Shown piece after piece: positions 47,439-61,235 of a stretch of 64,000 bases of DNA; the stretch's first letter is position 1, and each line of letters opens with the position of its first letter. The notes under the pieces were generated by a model. The model searched no databases and was not told the origin of the DNA. It was given only the letters and a program-made list of their open reading frames with translations. The DNA is from the human T2T-CHM13v2.0 reference genome, Homo sapiens. The position numbers and the translations under genes are program-made. The stretch lies in the NCBI RefSeq assembly GCF_009914755.1, contig NC_060942.1. The stretch is one strand, 5' to 3'.

Positions 47439-48988
47439 TCATACACACACAGAGACCCACTGAAATTCCTCCTTTTGATTACAGTATGTTGAGAACAGTA
47501 TGTTCTGCTTATTCAAATTTATGACGCCCCTTCTGTTTTGTTTCCAGTTAGACGTGGGAAAAACCAATTCAATTATAAAGAATACATCTTATTCCCTGGG
47601 CATAGGCAACTGTGATGAAAATAGCAACTTACCTTTGGGCTAGATGTTTTCAGATTATGCTTAAATAACCGTGGTTAGAAATTTTTCAATGCATGCTTTC
47701 CTGCCCCACGCAATCTCCCTGAATTTAGCTAAAATAATCAGGCACAGGACAGTCTCAAATAATGATTAAAATATGCCATGCTAATAAACAAGGTTATCTA
47801 GAATGCAACCTCGGTGCTTTAAAAACAGATAGAATAAACCTCATCAATAAGCATTTTCCTAAATATCTCTTTGTGTTATATCAACCAACATAAAAAAGGG
47901 AAAAACATAAAAGTGTCCCTTTATAAATGATATTATTTCCAGATAAGAAAGTTGAAACAAAGGTTTGTAAAGTCTCCTGAACTATTCAGTTTAATAACCA
48001 ATTATCCCTCAATATTACAAAATAAAATGACTGGATCAATGTTGACTCTTCTTTGATATCATTTATAAAATGCTTTGATATTACTTACTAAGTTCCCTGA
48101 TAACTCAAACAAGGTAAAATTAACACTTTCATTTTCAGTTATTGCTATTTTAGAAGAGGATTACCACTTTCATTTAGATGAAACTGTTTTACCAAAGCCT
48201 CCTCAGATCCAACACAAAGTAATTCTTATTGCCTCACATTTTAAAACAGTATTATAAATGATCTTTATAAAAAGGTTTAATCCACAAAACTGGAAGGCTT
48301 TTAAAAAATGTCTTTTTACTCAAAACTGTATCACAGTGCCCTTGATTATCTAATAGATAAAAGGGATTTGAATTTCCTCTATGAGAACAGAACAGTGGAC
48401 ATATGGTGTGCTTTGTCTTCCCCTCACCTTTATCTTTATAGCACACCATTTTGAGACCAAAACAATCAAGCATCTACCATGCTCCAGTCCACATTAACAG
48501 AGGATTTCTGATGCTGTCCAGTGCGTAGTGTACCGCCTTGCATATTCACCACATGAAATAAACATAATATACAAAATATTGCTGCTGTAAAAAGTGTACA
48601 TTTCCCTCTTCCCCTTACAAAAAAATCTGTGGAAAAGTATTAAATTCCCTTACCCTTCATAAACATACAAAGCTGTTCACACCTTTCAGTCTGTAACAGT
48701 CCATTTGAAACACAGTTCCAAAATCATTACAAATTGGTTATGTCATTGCATTTTCTGTCCAATGTTGCCATCTAGAGTAGAAATGTGAAATCAAGAGTAT
48801 TTTTGAGCTACTAAAGCCTTTTATAACTAAACCACAAAGGCTGCTTACTGATGAAACAGCCACTTATCCACAAGGTTTTTCCAAAAACTAGATGGAATGG
48901 AAGGATCTCTTCACAGGGAGGTGTCCACAGTGCTGAGGTGACAATATGGCTGCTAATAGATACTGGCTACTGGAATGTAAGTACTTTT

Positions 48989-49015
48989 TCACTGCTGGTA
49001 ATTTCCATACTGTCC
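48989..49015 (-). CDS. SS18: SS18 last coding exon: GQYGNYQQ-stop
   Basis: Minus strand ttttag|GGA CAG TAT GGA AAT TAC CAG CAG TGA; phase 0 joins the upstream exon; known SS18 C-terminus; branch-like CTAAT at 49040-49044. Confidence 0.96.
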   Translation of the reverse strand, partial: GQYGNYQQ

Positions 49016-50163
49016 CTAAAAGATAAATTTAAAAATATAATTAGATAATAGTTTGACCATAACAGGCAAAGAAGATTACAAACGAATCATTTCTAACACT
49101 GTCATACCACAAAAAAGCAGCCGTACCTACAATAAACAAAATTTTTTTATATCGTTAGGTATACAGTATCACCCTGTAATTTCTTCTGATATTATATTCA
49201 ATTGCAAATGAATTTCATAGTCCAAAATATGCTAGGGATTAGCAAATGAGCCTAGAATAATACTTGTCAGAGTGGGAACTTAAATGTTTAGTGAATTTTG
49301 TTGAATGAATTGAGCAGGCATTGAGTGAGAAGTTCTAGTTCTAAACTCTGATGTAATATATATATTAGGGTGTAAATCATATGCTAGTGTGACAACTTTG
49401 TGAGTGTTTAGCTTGTTATAATTATTACAAATGAACATCAAGGGTATTTGCAATAAGTGGCAAGTGAAAATGGAAAGGTATGTGGGACATAAAAGGTAAA
49501 GAACCTTCTATCCATACCAAAATAATTGAGCCTTTCCCTGAGGTCAACAAAGTTCAGCAGAGGTATTTAGACAGGCCACAGGGACATAAAATCAAGGAAA
49601 GCTGTTTTGTGTTGTCTGTTTTGTTTTCTTAATAAGGTAGACTTGAAGACCCTCAGGATGACAGGATGAGACAGAAAGGGAATATAGACAAAAGGGACAT
49701 GATGAAGCAGCACGAAGGGACATGATGAAGCAGCACAATTCTGTGAGTGGGGGTAAACAATGTCCAGTATACATCTGTTCAGGTTAACTTTTGGAGAAGA
49801 TAAGCAACATCTTTTCCTCTAAAACAGAAGGTAGAAAAAAAGAAAGACATACTATGAAATATGTATTTTATTACAAATTTCTTAAATGTGTTTAAAACAG
49901 ATGTTCATAAAAGCACTAATTTTCAAAAAGCATGACTCACTGGAAGCATATAATTAGTTAACTGTTTCCTTTGGCTAAACAACTCTCTCTCCACGTCACA
50001 ACAATATAACTCAAAAACATTCTAGACTTGAAATACTTCTCTACCATAAGAAATGGTACCCTAAAAATCTACATTTCCACAGAAGTAAATACACATGATA
50101 ATGTGTTGAATGTCACCATATATATGATGGAATAATGAATTAAACAGAATTAGGGATTTTATG

Positions 50164-50450
50164 GGCCAGGCATGGTGACTCACACCTGTAATCCCAGCAC
50201 TTTGGGAGGCCAAGGCGGGTGATTCACTTGAGGTCAGGAGTTCGAGACCAGCCTGACTAACATGGTGAAACCCCGTCTTTACTAAAAATACAAAAATTAG
50301 CTGGGCGTGGTGGCGCACATCTGTAATCCCAGCTACTTGGGAGGCTGAGGCAAGAGAATTGCATGAACCCAGAAGGCGGAGGTTGCACTGCACTCTAGCT
50401 TGAGCAACAGAGCAACTCTGTCTCAAAAAAAAAAAAAAAAAAAAAAAAAA
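50164..50450 (+). mobile_element. Alu SINE with ~20-bp right-arm deletion
   Basis: GGTTGCA|CTGCACTC junction lacks the GTGAGCCGAGATCGCGCCA segment; long poly(A). Confidence 0.93.
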
Positions 50451-50519
50451 GAGATTAGGGATTTTACACTAGTGTGTTTTACATAGTTATATTCAGCTAA
50501 ATTTAAATCAATGATCATC

Positions 50520-50720
50520 TTGAAGGATTTATGAGTAAAATGATATCACATCTAAGATTTGCTCTAAAATACTCTGAAAAAAATAGTGTAGAGGGGTAGA
50601 TAAAACAACATTGGCAAAATGTTGATAAACTGATGAAGTTGGGTGATGGGTACACAGGGGTTCACTATATTACTCTCTTTTCTATATGTGTTTAAAATAA
50701 ACATAATAAAAGGTTTAAAA
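50520..50720 (+). mobile_element. L1ME 3' terminal fragment
   Basis: GGGTGATGGGTACACAGGGGTTCACTATATTACTCTC...CATAATAAAA. Confidence 0.7.
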
Positions 50721-51579
50721 TAAGAAAGTTATTGGTTAGCATACTGGAGCTTATTATTCCATTGTTAGATTGTCTAAATACTAAATCTGAGTTTAAGTTC
50801 CAACTCTATTGCTAACTTCTTATTTGAGTCTAAAAAAACCTCTGTGAGACTCGGTTTCTTCAATCATCAGTGGGAGAGTAACATATATATCTCTGGATCA
50901 CAATTTCCCTTCTGTTAATGGCTACATTAATTCCTGTACCTCATCTGTTTGTTATGATGCTTAAATAGGAGAGGACATGAGAAAGCGCTTTTTAGAATTA
51001 TAAATCAGTGACTCTCAATGATGGAGGGAAATGCTCCCCTAGTCAATGTATAAAATGAGATGCTAATGATGAAAGTGAGTTGCAAATATAAATGATGTGA
51101 AAGCAGAAGAGAGGTTAAGAACCACTGTACCATAGTATATAAGCTATAATTTATCTACTGTATTATGAACTACTTGAAAGAGACCAGGTCAATAATGTAT
51201 ACCAAATAAATTATATCCAAGCAACTGTGAACACTTATGGAACAAATACTCATCATCATCAAAAATGTGGAAAACAGAGAAGACTCAGAAATTAAGGTAT
51301 AATTACAAAACAGATAAGTTCTCTAAGTCTTAGCAAACTTAAGAGAGTTCAGAAAGGAAAAGGTTAACACAGCCTAAATTAATTAGAAAAATATTCCCAA
51401 GAATGTGGGAGCCTTGAGAAAACAGTAAGATCTGAATAGCAGAAAAGAAGAAAAGAAAAGGGGGCAATTCAAATAGAAGAAATAGCTGAAACAAAGGCAT
51501 GGAGGATAAAACACAGAATGCTTAGGGAAGTGGGAAGAAAGAATACGCAATAATGAGGAGTAGAAGCTAATAATATACC

Positions 51580-52140
51580 CTGATAATAATACCTCAGTTT
51601 GTGTCACATATTGTATTAAATGCTTTGTGTCCATCTATATATAGTAAATATTACCTCCATTTTATAGAAGAAGAAATGGAGGCACTGAGAGTCTAAGTAA
51701 CTTGGCCCATACTTGATCACAATGCTAGGACCAAACAAAACCACAATCATGCCTAAAAAGGTAGGCTGTGTATCTGCAACCATTAACAAATTCCAAGGTG
51801 GCATTAAGGATTAAAAGTACGGCTTTTGGAGCCAGAAACCAATTTCTAGTGCTAACGTCACCACTTAACAGCTTCTTATCCTTGGGCAAGTTGCTTAACC
51901 TCCCTGAGTTTCAATTTTATCATCTGACAAGGGTAATTATAATCTCTATTTTAAAAAGTTATTCAAGAAGAAAAACATGAAAATGCTCTGTGAACTACTC
52001 AAGTACTCATTAACAGTATGGGTGGCAGCATGGTACAGTGAACAGAGCATGGGCTTTCAGCACTCAGCAGTAGTCATGCAGCTTCACCACTCCTGAATTC
52101 TGTCATCTTGAGTAAATCACTTGAACACTCTAAGCCTCAC
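51580..52140. mobile_element. Cluster of MIR fragments in both orientations
   Basis: CCATTTTATAGAAGAAGAAATGGAGGCACTGAGAG; CCTTGGGCAAGTTGCTTAACCTCCCTGAG; TCTTGAGTAAATCACTTGAACACTCTAAGCCTCA. Confidence 0.7.
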
Positions 52141-52844
52141 CTTCTCTCTCTTTGCTCTTCAATTTTTAAAAAAAATTCCTCTGACTACAGTATAAAGAAT
52201 TTTAATGGGAAAGAAGACAGTATGGAAGATCCTACTGCGATGAAGACAGGAGATGAACATGGTCTAAACTAAGATAAGGGTGTAGGTTAGAAAGAAATGA
52301 ATGGGTTCAAAAGCTTTTCAAAAAGGAAGATCAATAACATTTGTCATTTATTAGACAAGGGAGGAAAAGCAGGGACACTTAAATACCAAACAGGCACTTG
52401 GCAATCTAGCTTGGTGATAGTACCCCTCTCTTTGATAAAGAACACAGAAAAGTTTTGGTAGAAAAAATTATAAATTTATTTTGTTTCTGCTGAATTAATA
52501 CCTATGATACATCTAAGCAGAGCTGTCGAGTAGGCATCTAATTTCCAGAAGAGAGATTGAGACTATAAATAGAGATTTGGGAGTCAACAGCATGGTGAAC
52601 TGAGACCTTGTGAATAAATGAGAATGCCTAGGGAGAGTATATTGAATGAGAAGAGTTCCTAAGGTAGAAATCTGAGCAATACCAAAATCTTTACATTTCT
52701 TTCCTTCATTCTATTTACCTAATCAGTTTAAAATCTTAACATTATTCCTTCACAACATTTTAGGGGTTTCCTCTTAACTCTGGTCTTGTGATCACGCATT
52801 CAAATCTAGAAAGTAATGGCCTTATTTACTCAGTTGTTTATACT

Positions 52845-53025
52845 TTATTCACCAATATTTACTGATTATGTGCTGTGCTCTACTAGGTGACAGAGACTCA
52901 ACAGTAATAAAAACAGACAAAGCGATGCTTTTAAAGAGGTTACATTCTTGGGGAAGAAGAATATGACAATAAACAGTAACAAAATAATCTGTCAAATGAA
53001 GAGAAATGTTATGTTGAAAAATTAA
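52845..53025 (-). mobile_element. L2a 3' part, split from 59582-60290 by an L1 insertion
   Basis: ATTCACCAATATTTACTGA...CAGTAATAAAAACAGACAAAG...TTACATTCTTGGGGAAG. Confidence 0.65.
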
Positions 53026-54659
53026 TGCATGTTTCTATTCAAGATGGATTTATCTGGCAGCCTGAAACAATAAAAAAAAAAAAAACTACACAAAGCATAT
53101 GATAATCATATTCAGGACACACAGGACAGAGCCAACAAAGGACAATGATCCCTGAGACATGGTAAACAAATGAGGCCAGCCCTCTGACTACCACAGCTAA
53201 CTACCTTGAGAGTTTCCAGTCTGCAGTGCACGAAGGGGAACTGAGGCTGAGTCTGCCAGATGTTCTGACTTAAGGAGATAAGGCTTAGAGTCTGGAGAGA
53301 AAAAGGTAGCTAGAGTTAACAGGACAGAGTACCCTACAAGAAAGATCTGCCTAAAGAGACAACTGTGGAGATGTGCAGAGGAACCCTCCTCCTATTCAGC
53401 ATAGTACAGATATGCAAATGTGTGAGGAAAATACCCAGGGCTGAGGCAAGAAACACCCAAAAGGATTAGGGGAAACAATACTTGTTTGTCACATAGGAAC
53501 AGAATCAGTGCTTATTCCCACCAGTCAGAGTAAAAAGCCTTACAATTCAAAGGGCATTGGGCAAAACACCCAAAAGGCTCTTACCTTATCAGTGATGAGT
53601 ATTTAGCCCAGGACTAAACACTGCTCTTTGTCCTGCCTAGAATATCTTAAAAGCAATTTCAGAAAGTTCAAACTGTTTGTAACTTATTAAACTGAATCCC
53701 AAAGCAAAGCTTAAGAATATCTCTAGGTATACATATATCTTCATCACCCAACATAAAATTCACAATGTCTGGAATCCAATCAAAGATTATCACGCACACA
53801 AAGGACAGAGAAAAAAAACTGATTAAAACTGACCCTAAAATGACATAGATTATTAGAGTTGGCAGAAGAGGATATTAAAAGAATTATATTTGTATTCCAT
53901 ATGTTCAAAACAATTAAGGACAGACACGGAAGATATTAAAAAGACCTAAACCAAACTTGTAGAGATGAAAATGACAAAGTCTGAGATAACACTCAACAAA
54001 CTCCAAGCATAAGAAACATGAAGAAATCAACACCAATGCATGCTCTCATCAAATTGCTCAAAACAATTTGGGCAAGAGAGAAATTTCTTCAATCAAACAA
54101 TTTGATAAAGGGAAAATCTTAAAAACAGAGAAAAAAGACATATTAACTACAAAAGAACAAAGATAAATGACAGCAAATGTCTCCTTGGAAACAATGTAAG
54201 GAAGAAAAGAGTGGAGCATCTTTAAAGTATGGAAAGAAAACAAAAACAAACTGTCCACCTAGAATTCTATACCCAGAGAAAATATCTTTCAAAAATAAAG
54301 GCAAAATAAACATTTTTTTCAGACATACAAAAGCTGATTATTACCAGTACACCTGCATTTCAAGAAATGTTAACATCCTTCAGGCAAACAAAAATGATAC
54401 CACATAGTAATATGAATCCATACATAAATAATGAAGAGTACCAAAAACGGTAACTACATGGGTCAATTTAAAAATTTTTTTTTCCTTATTATTTAAGTAT
54501 CTTTAACTGATTTTTTTAGACAAAAATAAATTCAATACACTGTGGGGTTTATAACGTATACAGAAGTAAAATTTGTAACAATAACACAAAGAGAAGAAAA
54601 GCAGACTACCTTAAGGTTCTTACACTATGTATAGGCATACTATCACTTGAAGACACTGA

Positions 54660-55345
54660 TACACGCTACACAGACGAACCTTGAAAATATTATTTTAAGT
54701 AAAAAAAACAAAACACCAGTCACAAAACTCCACATATTGTATGATTCCATTTATCTTAAATGTACTGAATAGGCAAATCTATAGAGATAGAAAGTAAACT
54801 ACTGTTGCTGGAAAATCTCCAAATATTTGAAAACGAAATTACAGAATGAGTATTTAAGTATTTAAGGCTGAGTAGTTAAAGGGGAATGAGGAGTGACTGC
54901 TAATAGGTATACAGTTTATCAGGCTGGTGAAAATGTTTTAAAATTAGAGGGTGGTGATGGCTGCACTTTTTTGGGGGGACAGGATATTAGCTCTGTCACT
55001 CAGCCTGGAGTATAGTGACACAATCACAACTTACTGCAGCCTCGACCTCCTGGGTTCATGCAATCTTCTGCCTCAGCCTCCTGAAGAGCTGGGACTACAG
55101 GCACATGCCATCATGCCTGGCTAGTTTTTTGTAGAGGTGGGGGTCTCGCTTTGTTGCCCAGGTTGGTCTTCAACTCCTGGGCTCAAGCAATCCTCCTGCC
55201 TTAGCTTCCCAAAGTGCTGTAATTATAGGCGTGAGCCACCACCCCCAGTCTACCTTTTTGAATATGCTTAAAAACCACTGAATGGTATACTTTAGAATGG
55301 TGACTTGTATGATATGTGATTTATATCTCAATAAAGCTGTTTTTG
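54660..55345 (+). mobile_element. Nested L1MB-type 3' end
   Basis: CACATATTGTATGATTCCATTTAT...AATAGGCAAATCTATAGAGATAGAAAGTA...TTATATCTCAATAAAGCTGTT. Confidence 0.75.
54966..55250 (-). mobile_element. Alu SINE (AluJ)
   Basis: Reverse Alu, AACTCCTGGGCTCAAGCAATCCTCC. Confidence 0.9.
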
Positions 55346-56537
55346 TTAAAAAGAGGAGAAAAATCAAAGGAAGGCAGAAAAAGAGGAAAAGGAGAACAAA
55401 AACCAGATGTGACAAATAGAAAAAATAAAGATGATATACTTAATCATATCCATAATCACACTAAACATGTCAAAAACCCCAATTTAAAGGCAGCAATTGG
55501 CAGGCTGGATTTAAAAAAAGCAAGATCCGACTGACTACATATGCTGTCTACTTGAAATATAATTTAAATATAAAAACAAATATGTTAAAAGGATGAAAAA
55601 TATATTATTCTAATACTAATCAAAAGAAAAGTGGTATTGCAGTATTGATACTAGACAAACTAGATTTCAGAGCAAAAAATATTGGCAGGGATAAAGACAG
55701 TTATTTGATAATGGTAAAGGAGTAAATTCATCAGAAAGATTTGAAAATCTCCAAATATTTGAAAATGAAATTGCACACTTCTGATGTGTTGTGGGTCAAA
55801 AAAGAAATAAAAAGTGAAACCAGGATGTATTTTGAACTGATTAAAAATAACAGCATCAGATGCAGTTTAAGAATACTTAGAAAGAAACATCTATATTAGA
55901 AAGAAAGACAGTTCTTAAATCAATGGGACTACAACTTCAATCTTAAGAAACTGGAAAAATAAGAACAAATAAAACCCAAGTAAGCAGAAAAAAAGAAATA
56001 ATAAAGTTCTGGGCAGAAATCAAAGAAACAGAAAAGCAAATGGGCAAAAGGCAATAAATAAAATCGAGCTGCTTTTTGAGAAAAATGAATAGGTAGATTA
56101 AAACTAGCCAGATAAATGAGGACAAAGAGAGAAGACACAAATTATTAATATCAGAAATGAGAGAGGTAATATCACTACAGATTATGGAGATATTGAGCGA
56201 TGATAAAGAAATTATTCAACAACACAGATAAAATGGACAACTCCAATGAAAAACACACAAAACATTTACTCAAGAAAAAAATAGATAACCTGAATACCCC
56301 CTATATTTCATAAATTAAATTTATAATTTAAAAATTTCTCACAAAAAAAACTACAAACCCAGATGGCTTCACTGGTAACTTTGCACCAAACATTTTAGAA
56401 AGAATAATGCCAATTTTCTGAAGGGAGGAAATTCTTCCCAACTCACTCTATGAAACCAGTGCTACCTCAGTAACAAAACCAGACAAACATGTTACAAGAA
56501 AAAAAAAAAACAGATTCCAAAATTTGTCATGAAAACA

Positions 56538-56769
56538 CAGATGTTCCTTGACTTGCCATGGGGTTATGTCCCAATTAACCCACTGTAAGCTGAAAATATC
56601 CTAAGTTTTGCATACCTCATGTAATTTATTAAACACTGCACTGAAAATATAAAACAGAATGATTGTACAGTTACTGGAAGTAGAATTTCTACTAAATACA
56701 CATCACTTTTCACAGCATTGTGAAGTCAAAAAACCTAAGTTGAACCACTGTTATGTCAGGACACAACTG
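56538..56769. mobile_element. MER47-like TcMar-Tigger element, internally deleted
   Basis: CAGATGTTCCTTGACTT.C.ATGGGGTTATGTCCC...TTGAACCACTGTTATGTCAGG.AC..ACTG degenerate termini. Confidence 0.65.
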
Positions 56770-56873
56770 ACTGGGACTACAGGCATATGCCACCATGACT
56801 GGCTAGATTTTTATAGAGGTGGGGGGTCTTGCTTTGTTGCCCAGACTGGTCTTGAACTCCTGGACTCAAGCGA
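56770..56873 (-). mobile_element. AluJ fragment
   Basis: CTGGGACTACAGGC...TTGAACTCCTGGACTCAAGCGAT. Confidence 0.8.
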
Positions 56874-58002
56874 TGCAGATGCAGAAATTCTTAACAAAAT
56901 TTTAGCTAATCAACCCAATATATAAAAAGGATATATATCATGACCAAATAGATTTTATCCCAGGTATGAAGTTGGTTCACATTTGAAACTCAAACAATGT
57001 AATTCAAAAATTAGCAAACTAAAGAAGGAAAACCATAATTCCCTCAATAGATAAGGAAAAATCATGTGACAAAATTCAACATTCATTCCCAATAAAAATT
57101 CTCAGCAAACTAGAAATATAACACCTGATAAAGGACATCTACAAAAAACCCTACATGAACATCTTATATAAGGATGAAAAATGACAACTTTCTCTCTAAG
57201 ATCAGGAACAAGACAAAAGATGTCTACTCTCACCATTTTTATTTAACATGGTATTGGAGTTTCTAGTTGAGGCAAGCAGGAGGGTGGGGAAGGAACATGG
57301 GGGAGCATTCAGATTGAAAAGGAAGGAGACTGTCTTTATTCACAGACAACATGATTTCTATGTTTGAATATTCAATGAAATCTACAAAAACACTACTAGA
57401 TGTGATTTTAGTAAAGTTATAGTTTTGATAAAATATCAATACACAAAAATAAGCTGTATTTGTATATACTAGCAACTAATAACTGGAAACTAAAATTTTA
57501 AAAAATTTACAATAGCATCAAAACACATAAAATACTTAGAAAAATAAATGTAAGACCTATATAGTGAAAATTATATGACACTGTTAAAAAAAATTTTAAG
57601 GGACATATGCCATGTTCATAGGTTGGAAGACTAAATAATACTGTCAGTTCTCCCCAAATTAATCTATAAATTCATGGCAATTACAATGAAACTCCTAGTA
57701 AGCTTTTACGTACAAACTGACAAGCTGATTCTAAAATTTATATGGAATCCAAAGAACTTACAGTGCCAAACAACTTTGTATAAAAAGAACAAAGTTCAAA
57801 AACTAATACTACCTGATTATAAAACTTATTTTAAAACTATAAAACTTATAAAACTATACTAATGAAGACAGTGTGGTACTGGCATAAAGATACATAAACA
57901 GATCAATGGAACAGAATAGAGTTCAGAAACAGACACATGTTTATGGACAACTGATTTTTTGCAAAGGTAAAACGACAATCCAGTAGGTAAAAGAGAGTTT
58001 TT

Positions 58003-58369
<367 letters not shown>

Positions 58370-59581
58370 TTAGCTATGCATCAGAAAGAAAAAAAGCCAT
58401 GCAAACTTTATTTCATACTTCACATCATACATAAAAATCAACTCAAAATGAATCATAGACTTAAATGTAAACTCTAAAATTATATAACTTCTAGAAGAAA
58501 GTACAGGAGAAAATCTTTGTGACCTTCAGTTAGGTAAAGATTTCTTACACATGATCCCAAAAGCATAATCCATAAAGAAAAAACTGATAAACTAAGCTTC
58601 ATCAAAATTTAGACTCTCCTGTCTTTGAAAGACACTATTTATAGAATGAAAAAACAGACAGGATGAAAATATGTGCAAATGATACCTGATTAAGGACTTG
58701 TATCTAGGATATACAAAGGCCTCTTAATACTCAATAATAAAAAAAATAAAGAGCCTCCAATTTAAAAATGAGCAAAAGATTTAAACAGACACTCCTGAAA
58801 AGAAGAAATATAGGTAGCAAATAAGTGAGAGAAGATGGTCAACATCATTTGTCCTTAGGGATACTCAAATTAAAGTCATGAAGTGTTATAGCACACCTAT
58901 TAGAATAAATAAAATTTAAAAGACTGATTCATACCAAATATTGGCAATGAGTTAGCAAGGATATGGGTGAAATCATACACTGCTGGTAAGAATGTAAAAT
59001 GATAGGAATATACAATGGTACAACTACTTCGGAAAACATTCTGGCAGTTTGTTGAATTAAATATATACCTATCATATGATCCAACCATTCCACTCCTAGG
59101 TATTTACCCAAGAAAAATGTCCCCAGGGACTTGTCCATGAATGTTCATAGTACTGTGTCTGTAAACCCAAATGTCCCATCTCAATGGACAAACAAATAGC
59201 CATATAATGGAACACTACTTAGCAATAAACAATTACTGGCACAAACAACATAAGTATCAAAACAATTATGCTGAGTAAAAGAAGCCAGATAAAAACCAGA
59301 ACATACTATATTATTCAATTTCTATACAATTTTGGAAAATGTAAACTAATCCACAGTTTAGTTAAAAGATCAGTAACAATGTCTGGAGAAGGGATGCAAG
59401 TGGAGGGATTTCAAAGGGGCACAGGGAAAACTTCTGGGCATGATAGATACCCCATTACTTCGATTCTGCTGATGGTTTCACAGGTGTGTATATACGTGTC
59501 AAAAAAGATCAAACTGTACACTTTTATTACATGCAGTTTAATGGTATATAAATTATACTTCAATTAAGCTGTTCAAAAAAC

Positions 59582-60290
59582 TATGAAAAGGGTAGGGAAA
59601 AAGAGTGATGCAATGGAGGGTGTTATGTCTTACTTAGGTGGTCAGTGAAGGACTCTCTGATACGACGTGATGACATTTAAGCAGAGATTTTAATAAAGTG
59701 AGGTTGGAGGCACTGCAGGCATTCAGGCAGAAAAAGGGGCAGCAAATACAAAGATTCTCAGGTAGAAACTCACTTGATGCATGTAAGGAACAGCAAATAG
59801 GCCAGTGTGACTGAAGCAGAGTGAATGAGGGCAGCGAGTGGTTGGGATATAAATATGCAGGCACAAGGAGGGTAGCATAGGAGGTGGGAGCACAAGTCCT
59901 ATATGGCCTTGTAGGCCAGTATATCATATGGCTTTTACTTAAAACACCACAGGGTTGTAAGCAGAGAGGTGACTAATGTCTTTAAAACATTACTCTGGGT
60001 CCCATGTGCAGAGTATCTTGTAGAGGAGGCACGATAAAATCAAGAAAAGCAAAAAGGAGGATATATTGCAACAGTCCAGATGAGTGCTAGTTGTGACTTT
60101 TGACTTGGGTGAAAGGAGACTGTGAAAAATGGCTAGATATTAGATATATTTTGAAGGAAGAGGTGAAGGGGTTTGCTAATTGGATGTCTGCTTTGCAAAG
60201 AGGGGAGTCAAAGATGACTCTAGATTTTTAACCTGAGGAACAGGAAGAATGGAACCACTGTTTACTGGATAGCAAGGACCGATGGGGAAG
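59582..60290 (-). mobile_element. L2a LINE segment
   Basis: GGTGGTCAGTGAAGGACTCTCTGA...GAACAGCAAATAGGCCAGTGTG.CTGAAGCAGAGTGA...GGAGTCAAAGATGACTC. Confidence 0.8.
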
Positions 60291-60769
60291 TATCCTAACA
60301 ATTTCCACCCTTTTAATTTCTCCCCTTTTATCTTGCATATTGCTGTAAGATTCATCTGCCTAAACTACAACTATAATTATGTTAGTATTGGGTTTCAGAA
60401 TCTTCGTTAGTTTTCCATTGCCTCAACCATCAAGACGTGAACGAACTATTTTTCCTAAAATAAAGAGATCAATAGGTCTTTGGGTGGGGGCTAAAGATAA
60501 GGTTAAACATTAGGTTAATGTAGAAACACTACTGGCACTAAAATAGCTAAAATGGTCCCCCCCTCATATTCTTTTCTAGTGGGGAAGGAGAAGTGGTTGG
60601 CAACTACTCAAACACCATGAGTCTTTATCCACACAGTATAGTCCCAAATTCCTGAGAACTTTAGAGAGTGGAATAATTATGATGATAAAAGAAGTAAATC
60701 ATGTATCTATCATAGCTACCAAGTGCTAGCCACTGCTACACACTTTATATACACTGCTTTTCAAGCTCC

Positions 60770-61235
60770 ACACTGATGTCAGGATAAAGTTCAAGTCCCC
60801 TAATACGGCTTGTAAGAGCCTTCCTAAGCTAACTCCAACACCTCTCTCCAGTCTTGTCTCTTCTTCCCCATGCTTCTGCTTTACTGAACTACACACGGTT
60901 TAACACTAGTCCCTTTGTGAATGCTCTTCTTTCATCATCCACATCTACCTGGCTAATATTGGCTCATCCTTGGTACTTCACACTTATATATAATATTTCC
61001 GAAGGAATATTTCTCAAGATCTGAGTTAGAAGCTCCTTCCACATAAATCTTAGCTTTCCTTATCTAAGTACTTATCACACTGTATCATATCATATGTTTA
61101 CCCACCTGTATGCCATCTACACTTAAGTTCATAAAGACTGAGTCCACGTCTATCTTATTTCCCAATATGTTCCCAATCTTAGCATGGCACTTGGCATATA
61201 ATGGTTGCTCAATAAACATTTGCTTAATGAATGGC
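60770..61235 (+). mobile_element. L2 LINE 3' segment
   Basis: TCAGGATAAAGTTCAA...CTTAGCATGGCACTTGGCATATAAT.G.TGCTCAATAAACATTTG...ATGAATG. Confidence 0.75.

Noticed and set aside
47480-48980. AU-rich element cluster or Pumilio sites in the SS18 3' UTR
   Set aside because: Only isolated AUUUA pentamers and inexact UGUAnAUA matches were seen, as expected for AT-rich sequence
54966-55250. 7SL RNA pseudogene
   Set aside because: Dimeric AluJ structure without the 7SL S domain
54177-57862. ORFs resembling L1 ORF1p and ORF2p
   Set aside because: Short remnants of a heavily mutated L1; no intact reading frame
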